Positions 47,788-56,758 of a stretch of 59,378 nucleotides of DNA are shown piece after piece. The first letter of the stretch is position 1; each line of letters starts with the position of its first letter. The stretch is from positions 1 through 59,378 of the forward strand of contig CAACVY010000001.1 of assembly GCA_900661335.1 (NCBI GenBank), in the 5' to 3' direction. The translations under genes were made by a program, and so were the position numbers. The stretch is from an uncultured bacterium (GTDB lineage Bacteria; Verrucomicrobiota; Kiritimatiellia; PWTM01). The notes under the pieces were generated by a model, which was given only the letters and a program-made list of their open reading frames with translations, was not told the origin of the DNA and searched no databases.

Positions 47788-50130
47788 TTACTTGACCTGG
47801 AGCCAGGGTTCTCCGGTGCCGGCAATGACCGCTTGGCCAAACGCAACCCCGCCGTCGTTGGGAGCAACTTTCTGGTGGGTCAGCACCCTGAACCCGCGGT
47901 GTTCTAACTCGTTCGACAAGCTCTCGTGGAGAAGACGGTTCATAAATACACCGCCGGACATTCCGACCGTCGTCATGCCGGTTTGCTCCCGTGCATGTTC
48001 TACCATGCGCAGCGCGGCTTGGACCATTGCGGCGTGGAACGTGCGTGCAATATCCGGAACGCGGTCGAGGAGCCGAGGCACCGCGTAGAGCCAACGAAAC
48101 AGCGGTGACCAGTCCACCCACAGAAATTCCCCCTCGAGTTCCGCGGACCAAAACGTACGGGCGAGCGACTCGTCCGCCCAACCCGGCCGTGCGCGGGCCT
48201 CCAAGCGTACGGCGGTCTGTCCCTCATATGTGACGGTTTCCGGCGCCAGGTGCAGCGCTGCGGCAACGGAGTCAAAGACGCGACCCGCTGCATGCGTCGC
48301 GAACACGTTCCACGATCGTTGAACTTGGGCTTGCCAGATCTCGGCGGTGCGTTCGGGAATTCCAAGGCGGCGTGCGATCGCTTCCAGCGAATCCACCTTT
48401 AACACGAGCCACCGCGCAAAGATCTGTCGTACGGGCTCGCGCACGGCCGCGTCCCCGCCGAGAAGCGGTGCAGGTCGGAACGACGCCAGGCGGCGCGCAT
48501 GGGCGAAGTTAGGAAGGAGGAACAACTCCGCGCCCCAGATCGTTCCATCGGGCCCCAAGCCGGTGCCATCCCAAGCTAACACCAGGCCCGACTCGCACCC
48601 ATGCTCGGCGAGCACCGCCACGGCGTGTGCATGGTGGTGCTGAATGCGCACGACCGACCCATGATGCTTCAATGCCAGTTCCTCGCCCAGGCGAGTGGAG
48701 TGGTAGTCCGGATGCAGATCCACGGCCACCACCGAAGGGTGGATGCGAAGAAAGTCCGGTAGTGAAGTTGCAACTTTGCGCAAGTGCGCCACAGCTTCGG
48801 GCGCTTCGAGGTCCCCGATGTGGGGCGACATCCAAACGCAGTTGCCCTCGGCCACCGCGACCGTGTTCTTCAGCTCGGCACCCATAGCCAGTACCGATCG
48901 TTGGAGCGGCCGATGCAACCGAACAGGCTCGGGCGCCCACCCGCGGGCACGCCGCCAGACCTGCAAGGTTCCAGATCGCGGGGTGGCCAGAGAGTCGTCA
49001 GCGCGAAATTGGATCTCCCGGTTGTGGAGCAACAACAGATCCGCCACATCGCGCAACGCGGTAAGAGCTTCTTCGTTGGACAAACAGATCGGCGCACCAC
49101 TTCGGTTGCCGCTGGTCATGACCAGTAAGTCGAATGGAGGAACGGGGTCGTCACGGAGAGGCATCCCTAGCAACAGTTGCAGTGGCGTGGCGGGCAACAT
49201 GATGCCGATGGTGCCCGTGTCAGGTGAAAGCCATTCCACCAGCCGTTGGCCAAGCGGCGTTGGGTCTAGGATGACAATCGGGGTTACGGGCGGTCCGAGG
49301 GCGTCGCGGAGTTCGTCCGGGACCACGACGTACCGAAGGAGGGTGTCCAAGTCGCGCGCCATGACGGCGAGGGGTTTCGAGGGGCGGCGCTTGCGCTCGC
49401 GGAGCCGGCGGACCGCATCGGGCTGGGTCGCGTCCACCGCCAGTAGAAACCCGCCCATGCCCCGCAGTGCGACAATGCGACCCGCTGCCAAGGCGGCCCG
49501 CGCAACGCGAATCGGTTCGCCCGACACCGGTTGGCCGTCGGATGTGACCAGCTGCAGACGTGGGCCGCAGATCGGGCATGCGATGCTCTCCGCGTGAAAT
49601 CGCCGGTCGCTCGGATCCTCGTATTCGCGTTGACACGCGGCACAGAGAGGAAACACGCGCATGGTGGTGCGCACACGATCGTACGGCATGGACTCGATCA
49701 CGGTGTAGCGAGGTCCGCAGTCGCAGCACGTGGTGAAGGGATACCCATACCGGCGGTTGGAGGGATCCAGGACTTCTACACGGCACGCGTCGCACATCGC
49801 CATGTCCGGTGGAATCCCAGGTCGCGCGGTGGGATCCTCCCCGCCATACCGAATGTGGAAAGGTCCGTGTGCTCCGGGGGGAATCCGCATGAGCTCCACG
49901 GTGCGGATCGAGTCCACTCGAGCACGCGGCGGGAGGCGCGACGGCAACTCGTCCAAAAACCGCTGCACCAGCTCCTCGGGTCCTTCGAGTGCCAACCGCA
50001 CGGTGCCCGTGCGGTTCTGCACCCACCCGCCCAGCCCTGCGGCCGTGGCCAGGCGGTGGAGCGCGGGACGGAACCCCACGCCCTGGACGATCCCAGTGAG
50101 GTCAACGACATGACGGATCCAACACGACAC
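47788..50130 (-). CDS. hypF: Carbamoyltransferase HypF
   Basis: Acylphosphatase motif GIVQGVGFRP, two Zn fingers (CDAC/CCDCGPR and CAAC/CPICGP), VMTSGN, QHHHAH, DGTG and PNDGG. Confidence 0.95.
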   Translation of the reverse strand: MSCWIRHVVDLTGIVQGVGFRPALHRLATAAGLGGWVQNRTGTVRLALEGPEELVQRFLDELPSRLPPRARVDSIRTVELMRIPPGAHGPFHIRYGGEDPTARPGIPPDMAMCDACRVEVLDPSNRRYGYPFTTCCDCGPRYTVIESMPYDRVRTTMRVFPLCAACQREYEDPSDRRFHAESIACPICGPRLQLVTSDGQPVSGEPIRVARAALAAGRIVALRGMGGFLLAVDATQPDAVRRLRERKRRPSKPLAVMARDLDTLLRYVVVPDELRDALGPPVTPIVILDPTPLGQRLVEWLSPDTGTIGIMLPATPLQLLLGMPLRDDPVPPFDLLVMTSGNRSGAPICLSNEEALTALRDVADLLLLHNREIQFRADDSLATPRSGTLQVWRRARGWAPEPVRLHRPLQRSVLAMGAELKNTVAVAEGNCVWMSPHIGDLEAPEAVAHLRKVATSLPDFLRIHPSVVAVDLHPDYHSTRLGEELALKHHGSVVRIQHHHAHAVAVLAEHGCESGLVLAWDGTGLGPDGTIWGAELFLLPNFAHARRLASFRPAPLLGGDAAVREPVRQIFARWLVLKVDSLEAIARRLGIPERTAEIWQAQVQRSWNVFATHAAGRVFDSVAAALHLAPETVTYEGQTAVRLEARARPGWADESLARTFWSAELEGEFLWVDWSPLFRWLYAVPRLLDRVPDIARTFHAAMVQAALRMVEHAREQTGMTTVGMSGGVFMNRLLHESLSNELEHRGFRVLTHQKVAPNDGGVAFGQAVIAGTGEPWLQVK

Positions 50131-50144
50131 ACTTACAGCCTACG

Positions 50145-50597
50145 TCAGAAGCGGCGCGGCTGCGACCCAGGATAGCGGTAGGATCCCTGGAGCGGGAAGA
50201 CGTCTTTGAGGTGCCGAACCTCGGGACGGGCACCGTCGGGAGTGCCGATGACCTCCACGACATCGAAGCGAATGAACTGTGGCGGGTGGCGGGGAAAACG
50301 GCGTTGTATATAACGAAGTGCGGCGCGCGAAAGGTAACGGCGCTTGGCGCTGTCTACCGCTGCTGCAGGCCGACCGAAGGTTTCGCTGGCGCGGGTTTTG
50401 ACTTCCAGGAACACCAGCGTGTCGCCTTCCCATCCAACCAAGTCCAGTTCGTCTCGACGGCCCACGCGTACGCGTCGGCCAATGATACGCATTCCCGCGC
50501 GCCGCAGTTCGGCTTCAGCGATTCGTTCGCCCCACTCGCCAGGTCGGAGCATTTCGGCGCCCGTTGCCCCGAGCCATCGCAGGAGTGCCTGCCACAC
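50145..50597 (-). CDS. yraN: YraN family (UPF0102) endonuclease-like protein; start uncertain (50597 or 50552)
   Basis: GEWGERIA, ELDLV, LVFLEVKTR and RFDVVEV. TATAAT lies upstream at 50625-50620. Confidence 0.88.
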   Translation of the reverse strand: MWQALLRWLGATGAEMLRPGEWGERIAEAELRRAGMRIIGRRVRVGRRDELDLVGWEGDTLVFLEVKTRASETFGRPAAAVDSAKRRYLSRAALRYIQRRFPRHPPQFIRFDVVEVIGTPDGARPEVRHLKDVFPLQGSYRYPGSQPRRF

Positions 50598-50778
50598 GGA
50601 CCGCGCGTTCACACGGAGAATTATACGACCCTGCGGGGTAGGGCAGCGAGCAACAAAGTTGCTTGGCTTCTGGCCACAGGTAGCTAAGCGCGCGAATGTC
50701 TTCCACGAGTTACGGGGCCGAACGAACCCATGGCGCAGGTCGCGACTGGCGTTACCGAGGTCGAAAGCGCTGACACTA

Positions 50779-50823
50779 TCCAACCTTTGGACGGGACACC
50801 CGTGAACTTCTCCAAACCTTGGA
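50779..50823. repeat. Pair of TCCAA-N3-TTGGA palindromes starting 32 bp apart
   Basis: TCCAACCTTTGGA at 50779 and TCCAAACCTTGGA at 50811. Confidence 0.65.
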
Positions 50824-51661
50824 CACTTTGCGGCCTGCGGCGTCCAATCCTTTCGGAGGGCGCGTCGGTCAGCCTCCTGTTCTTCTTCGTGGCAGTCTTT
50901 CTTTCTTCCTGCGCACGGGCGAGGGCCGGCGGCCCGACACTAGGAACCTTCCCTAGCTCCCACAGTGGGTCCGCCGCACGCCAACCCGTGCGCTCAGCGA
51001 CTCGGTTCGTCCTCGCTTCCATCCGGGTTCGTCCCAATCCTCTTCGCCGCCCCCTGCAGCATGAACACTACCGAGGAGCGTGTCGCATCCGTTGGGTCAA
51101 GCCGCTCATTGGGCTCAGATTAGACTTGCGCTGACGCCCCAGTGGGTCGAACTGTCGCCGCGTGCCGATACTCCTCTTCCTCGCTCAACACGTAGTACGG
51201 CGCCTTGGCCAAATCCGCGCCACCGCCACGATCGATTTCGGATGCCTCTTCCGCCACGCAACCCGGTCCTACAGCACGCACACGGGCCGATTCGGTACAT
51301 ACCGCCGGCTCCAACATACGCACAAGGAGACACACCTACGGAGAAGGTAGCAGGTTCGACTCATGCAAACGGTAGTATCATTGGGCGAAGCCGCAGGCGC
51401 TGGGCGGCCAGTGAACCCCAATGACATCGGTCATCCTACGCCGGAGGACCTTCGCAGCTGACTCCGAGACGCCGTCGAGGGTGTCCGACACGTTCATGGA
51501 ACCATATTTACGTCGCGAACGGCGGCGACGAGACCTTTGGGCGCGTTCGGCGCGGAGCCCGGAAACTGGACCTCCATGGAACCCGAGCGGATCACGGCCG
51601 ACGAGGTTCTCGCGGGCCCAAGGGGCAGGTGAAACGAAAACTGATCGGCCAGCCAATCGTG

Positions 51662-51700
51662 GGGTTGCAACCCAGCAGTATTTTTGCGATAGTTGCAAAA
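51662..51700 (+). promoter_or_regulatory. Putative promoter of the glycoside hydrolase cluster overlapped by two palindromes
   Basis: TTGCAA-17 bp-GATAGT with an extended TG. GGGTTGCAACCC covers the -35 and TTTTGCGATAGTTGCAAAA covers the -10. Confidence 0.5.
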
Positions 51701-51749
51701 CTCGCTTGTTCCAGCTGCGGCGGGCGCGAGTGGGGTCAAATTGGAGCGA

Positions 51750-52973
51750 ATGCAAAAGGTTCAACCAAGGTCCTGGAAGTTTGTGGCGCGCGATCCAGGG
51801 GCGCGGGTCGTCCTACGGGATAGTCGCGCCGTGGGCGTGTGGTGGGCATGGGTGCTGCTCGCGGTTCTGTTGCCGTTGGCTCGTGGCGCTGACTCAGGCG
51901 CAGTGGGCGGTGCGACGAACGAGGAAGAGGAATGGAACTTGTACGCCCGGCTGCAGCCCGTGCCGCTGACGGGGAAGTTCGAGGACCCAGAGTACAACAT
52001 TTGGTGCGGCTCAGCCATTCGGGGAGAGGACGGACGGTACCATCTGTTTTATTCGCGTTGGCCTCGGCGGCTGGGACATCAGGCCTGGGTGACTCACTCC
52101 GAAGTGGCCCGGGCCGTCAGTGATTCTCCGTTTGGTCCGTGGAAACATCAGGAGGTCGTGTTGCCAGCTCGTGGCACGAATTTCTGGGATGGCTCGTGCA
52201 CGCACAACCCGACCGTGGTGCGGATCGGCGGGCGCTACTACCTTTACTACATGGGGAACTATGGCGACGGAGTGGTGGGGCGATCGTTGAATTGGACGCA
52301 TCGAAATCGGCAACGGATTGGCGTAGCCGTTGCGGATTCTCCCGAGGGTCCGTGGCAACGGTTCGACCGGCCGATTCTGGATGTCACGGACCGACCCGAC
52401 GCGCCGGATGCGCTGATGGTGTCCAACCCGAGCGTCACAGAGCGTCCGACGGGTGGCGTGCTCATGGTGTACAAGGCGGTGGGATTGGAGCGGCCGTTGC
52501 CGTTCGGCGGGCCGGTCGTGCACTTGGTCGCCACGGCGGAGAGTCCGCTGGGTCCGTTCACGAAGACCTACCGAAAAGTGTTCGGGGCGCCCGGGGTGAT
52601 GTTTGCGGCCGAGGACCCCTTCATTTGGTGGGACGGCCGGCGATATCGGGCGATCGTGAAGGACAACGCCGGCCATTTCACGAAACAAGGCTATTCGCTG
52701 GCGTTGTGGGAGTCGGACGATGGGTTGGAATGGCGCTTGGCAAAGTACCCGCTGGTTGCGAAGCCGGAGGTCGTTTGGGCGGACGGACGACGCCAAACGT
52801 TGACGGCGTTGGAGCGACCGCAGCTACTTTTCTCACAGGGCCGTCCGATCGCGTTGTTGTGTGCGGCCGCCGAGACTCGCGACCGTACTGGAAGCTTTAA
52901 TATCCAGATTCCGATTGCCCCGGTGCCCCGCGGTGTGAAGAACCAGATAGATCGCGGCGAAGTCGCTCCATGA
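51750..52973 (+). CDS. Secreted five-bladed beta-propeller glycoside hydrolase (GH43/62/32/117-like superfamily); start uncertain
   Basis: Hydrophobic signal segment, YHLFYSRW, AVSDSPFGPW, HNPTV, VAVADSPEGPW, SNPS, EDPFIW and ERPQL. Confidence 0.8.
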   Translation: MQKVQPRSWKFVARDPGARVVLRDSRAVGVWWAWVLLAVLLPLARGADSGAVGGATNEEEEWNLYARLQPVPLTGKFEDPEYNIWCGSAIRGEDGRYHLFYSRWPRRLGHQAWVTHSEVARAVSDSPFGPWKHQEVVLPARGTNFWDGSCTHNPTVVRIGGRYYLYYMGNYGDGVVGRSLNWTHRNRQRIGVAVADSPEGPWQRFDRPILDVTDRPDAPDALMVSNPSVTERPTGGVLMVYKAVGLERPLPFGGPVVHLVATAESPLGPFTKTYRKVFGAPGVMFAAEDPFIWWDGRRYRAIVKDNAGHFTKQGYSLALWESDDGLEWRLAKYPLVAKPEVVWADGRRQTLTALERPQLLFSQGRPIALLCAAAETRDRTGSFNIQIPIAPVPRGVKNQIDRGEVAP

Positions 52974-53758
52974 ACCGCGGCAGTGTTCCTGCTTGGGTGG
53001 CGCTTGGGCTTTGGGTGGCGGTGTGCACGCAGGCCGCGCCGCCCTCGCCGACTTCCCAGTGGGCGCTGGTGTGGGCGGATGAATTCGATGGCTCGGAGGC
53101 GGATTTGGATCGCCGGTGGGAATCGCAAAACGGGCCCAGCACCCATATCCTCTGCAGCCGCTGGCGGGAGAATGTCTCGGTTTCGAATGGCCTGCTTCGC
53201 CTCGTGGCGCGAAAAGAACGCCGAGGCGGTCAGGATTGGGCCGCAGGATCCATTTGGACCCGCGAGAAGTTTTTGTACGGGTACTTCGAATGCCGGTACC
53301 GTTACGCTGGGGCCACGGGTTTGAACAACTCGTTTTGGCTGATGCCCGTGCGCGGCGAGGACATCGTCACGGGCAAATTCTTTGAGATCGACATCAACGA
53401 AGGTCACTACCCCAACCGCATCAACACGAATATCCACAACCATTCGGATATCATAGAGACCAACGGGCGCCGGCGACATCCAAGTTGGCCCCGTTCCTGG
53501 ACGATTCCCGACGCAGATTTTTCCAAGGAGTTTCAAGTGTTTGGGCTGTTGTGGAACGAGCGCGAATTGGTCTTTTTCCATAACGGGAAAGAGCTCCGTC
53601 GAGAGCCCAATCGCATTTGTCATAGTCCTGCCCGAGTGTGGCTAAGTTTGGCCGTGATCTCATGGGCCGGGCCGGTCACGGAAGCCAGCCACAATCAGGC
53701 GATGGAAGTGGATTATGTGCGCATTTACCGGATCCAGACTGGGAGCCGTGCAGATTGA
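52970..53758 (+). CDS. Secreted GH16 glycoside hydrolase
   Basis: Signal peptide, WALVWADEFDG, FLYGYFECR, SFWL, catalytic EIDINE and MEVDYVRIY. Confidence 0.9.
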   Translation: MNRGSVPAWVALGLWVAVCTQAAPPSPTSQWALVWADEFDGSEADLDRRWESQNGPSTHILCSRWRENVSVSNGLLRLVARKERRGGQDWAAGSIWTREKFLYGYFECRYRYAGATGLNNSFWLMPVRGEDIVTGKFFEIDINEGHYPNRINTNIHNHSDIIETNGRRRHPSWPRSWTIPDADFSKEFQVFGLLWNERELVFFHNGKELRREPNRICHSPARVWLSLAVISWAGPVTEASHNQAMEVDYVRIYRIQTGSRAD

Positions 53759-53882
53759 TATTGCGTGCGACTGTGCACGGGGGCGAAATTGTGTGTAGAG
53801 AGCGCCACGCAAAGAGACGAGTAGACTGATGGGGCATTCACTGGAGGCCGTGGATCATTCAGCGAGGGACGCAGCAGAGGTT

Positions 53883-56504
53883 ATGGCGATGATACGGCGG
53901 ATCATTGGCAGTGGTGTGTGGGTAGCGCTGAATCTCCTTACGAGCACCGCGTGGGTGGATGAAGTCCCGGCCTCTTATGAAGTGGTGTGGGACAGCCCGA
54001 GCGAGAACCCACGGGGGTCCATGCCCCTGGGCAACGGCAACGTAGGGCTCAATGTATGGGCCTTGCGCAATGGAGCCGTGCATCTGTTGATCAGCAAGAC
54101 GGACGCCTGGGACGAGAACGCGCGCTTGGTGAAGGTGGGGCAAGTCGTGGTTCGATTTCCGCCGGAATGTTTTGCTCGGGCCTTCCGCCAGCAACTCGAC
54201 GTGCGTACAGCGACGGTCCGAATTGCGACGGAATACGAGGGCCGTCCCACAGAGATCCGCATTTGGGTAGATGCGTTACATCCCGTCATTCACGTGGATG
54301 CGGAAATCCCTGCCACGGCCACAATCGAACTGTGGCGAACGAATCGCAGCCCGATCGCGTTGCAGTGTAGTGACATCCTCCATCGAGCGCCCGCCGCGTA
54401 TGCTGAACCGCAATGGGCGGAACCCGATACAATCTGTACGGGATGGACAGACCGCATTGGTTGGTTCCACCACAACGCGCGATCGCTCGGGTTCGAGCTG
54501 ACGCGCATACAACAGGGCCTGACTGGCTTTCCGCAAGAAGATCCGCTCCTTCACCGGACCTTCGGTGCGATCGTTACGGCTCAGTCTGGGCAGCGGTTGG
54601 ATGACGCGCGCTTACAATCGCGCCACGGCTTTCAGATCCATGTCCTGACGCTTCAACCCGCGTCACCGGCGCAGTGGGTCGCGGCGATGAACGATGTGAT
54701 CCGGGACGACGCTCGGTCGGACTATACGGCCCACACAAACTGGTGGGCAGAGTTCTGGTCCCGTAGTTGGATCCACGCCCGTCGCAGTCGGGGCACGGCC
54801 TCCCTAAGCATCCTGGACAATGGTCTTCCTTTTCAAGTCGGGCGGGATCAAAAGGGTGAAAACCGTTTTGCGGGCGAACTGCGGGAGGTCCGCATCCAAA
54901 CCAACACCGCGGGGCGCTTGGTCATCGAGGCCCGTGCGCGGCCAGCGGCGCGAGAGACGGGCAGGATCGTGGACAAAATCACTCCGGGCGGGCGAGATGG
55001 CTTTCTCCTGGATGCCTATCCCGGGAACTCGCTACGACTCATTGCGGGCGGCCATGTATGGGTGACCAACGGCGTGTTGCCGGCCAACCGTTGGGCACAA
55101 ATTCGGGTGGAGGGCAACGACTGGGGTTGGCGCGTGGAGTTGAACGGGCAAGTCCTGGTTGAGTTGGACGGGGCCCACGTTGCCGACGACGCGGCGCTGA
55201 TCAGTCACCGGTATGCCCTGCAAAGGTTCATTACGGCGTGTGCAGGTCGGGGGGCCTATCCGATCAAATTCAATGGATCCATTTTTACGGTCGCTCCGGA
55301 CCAGAATCGCGATCACGATTTTCGCCGATGGGGTCCTGGGTATTGGTGGCAAAACACGCGGCTGCCTTATTACCCCATGTGTGCGGCGGGAGATGTGGAT
55401 CTGATGCGTCCCCTCTTCCGGATGTATGCCGAGGAGCTGGTGCCGTTGTGTCGCTACCGAACACGGCTGTACTGCGGGCACGAGGGTATTTTTTATCCGG
55501 AGTGCATCTATTTCTGGGGGGCGATCTTCCCTGAGGTGTATGGTTGGACGCCGTTCGAACAGCGGGCAGACAAACTTCAAGAGTCCGGTTATCACAAGTG
55601 GGAGTGGGTGGGAGGACTGGAGCTGGCCTGGCTATTGCTGGACTACTACGACTACACATTGGATCGGGACTATTTTCAGCGCGTCGTATGGCCCGTGGCG
55701 CGAGAGGTTCTTTCGTTCTTCGATCAGCACTATCCCGACGGCCCTGATGGCCGGATGCGGATGCACCCGGCCCAGGCATGCGAAACGTGGTGGGACTGCA
55801 CAAACCCGATGCCGGAACTGGCTGGGTGCATCGCGGTGTCCGAGCGCCTGCTGGGAATGCCGGAGTTGAGCAGTGCGGATCGCCAGTTTCTATCGCGGTT
55901 CCGGGCGCGGTTGCCTCCATTGCCGGTCCGGCAAGTGAATGGAGAGACCGCGTTGGCTCCCGCCGCGGAGTTTGCCAACAAGCGGAACATCGAGAATCCG
56001 GAACTGTACGCAGTGTTTCCGTTCCGACTCATCGCTATCGGCCGACCGAACACCGAATGGGGATGGGCCGCGTTGCGGCATCGTTGGGACCGTGGACACT
56101 CCGGTTGGCGCCAAGACGACATCTTCATGGCCTATCTAGGCTTAGCGGAGGATGCACGGCGGAACTTGGTCGCGCGCGCTCGCCATCACGATCCGCAAGA
56201 ACGTTTCCCTGCATTTTGGGGCCCGAACTATGACTGGACCCCCGACCAATGCCATGGGGGTGTGCTGATGAAGGCATTTCAGTCCATGTTGCTACAAACC
56301 GATGGACGCCGAATCTACCTGCTTCCAGCATGGCCAGCAGACTGGGACGCCGACTTCAAGCTTCACGCGCCTTACCGCACAGTGGTCGAGGGTAAAGTTC
56401 GAAACGGACGGTTGACCGATCTTCGGGTCACGCCACCGGAACGCCGAGCGGACATCGTCATTTGGCCTGAAGTCGTCGGGAGTGGACGGTCGGCGACGCC
56501 TTGA
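53883..56504 (+). CDS. GH95-like (alpha/alpha)6 glycosidase (DUF5703-type) with an inserted lectin/LamG-like segment
   Basis: SMPLGNG N-terminus, IKFNGSIF, WWQNTR, ENPELYAVFPF, WGPNYDWTPDQ and LLPAWP. A beta-rich insert lies in the middle. Confidence 0.72.
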   Translation: MAMIRRIIGSGVWVALNLLTSTAWVDEVPASYEVVWDSPSENPRGSMPLGNGNVGLNVWALRNGAVHLLISKTDAWDENARLVKVGQVVVRFPPECFARAFRQQLDVRTATVRIATEYEGRPTEIRIWVDALHPVIHVDAEIPATATIELWRTNRSPIALQCSDILHRAPAAYAEPQWAEPDTICTGWTDRIGWFHHNARSLGFELTRIQQGLTGFPQEDPLLHRTFGAIVTAQSGQRLDDARLQSRHGFQIHVLTLQPASPAQWVAAMNDVIRDDARSDYTAHTNWWAEFWSRSWIHARRSRGTASLSILDNGLPFQVGRDQKGENRFAGELREVRIQTNTAGRLVIEARARPAARETGRIVDKITPGGRDGFLLDAYPGNSLRLIAGGHVWVTNGVLPANRWAQIRVEGNDWGWRVELNGQVLVELDGAHVADDAALISHRYALQRFITACAGRGAYPIKFNGSIFTVAPDQNRDHDFRRWGPGYWWQNTRLPYYPMCAAGDVDLMRPLFRMYAEELVPLCRYRTRLYCGHEGIFYPECIYFWGAIFPEVYGWTPFEQRADKLQESGYHKWEWVGGLELAWLLLDYYDYTLDRDYFQRVVWPVAREVLSFFDQHYPDGPDGRMRMHPAQACETWWDCTNPMPELAGCIAVSERLLGMPELSSADRQFLSRFRARLPPLPVRQVNGETALAPAAEFANKRNIENPELYAVFPFRLIAIGRPNTEWGWAALRHRWDRGHSGWRQDDIFMAYLGLAEDARRNLVARARHHDPQERFPAFWGPNYDWTPDQCHGGVLMKAFQSMLLQTDGRRIYLLPAWPADWDADFKLHAPYRTVVEGKVRNGRLTDLRVTPPERRADIVIWPEVVGSGRSATP

Positions 56505-56758
56505 AGAATCGGTTCGAAACGCGGAACAGCGCGCCCACGCATCGCAGGGGGCTGGGACTGTGGAACCATTCCGAGGCGGGGCGCGACGGTGCGCGAGACG
56601 CCAGTGAACTACGTGCGCATGGGTGGCGGCCTTAGGGGCCTGCTTTGAAATGGGTTCTCCTGTGGGGCGAATTCGAGAGTGGCCCGGGATGTCGTGCAGG
56701 ATCGGACTCGAGGCGAGCATGGGGACCGCGTGGCCTGCCGATGCGGTCGTTTGTAGAA

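Noticed and set aside
3525-48181. Long N-terminal extensions in the ORF track (protease to 4172, mvaS to 11629, rmlB to 30899, gcvPA to 48181 and others)
   Set aside because: The extensions are low-complexity Arg/Pro/Ser-rich sequence or overlap neighbouring genes. Downstream starts fit family N-termini, SD sites and stop/start overlaps.
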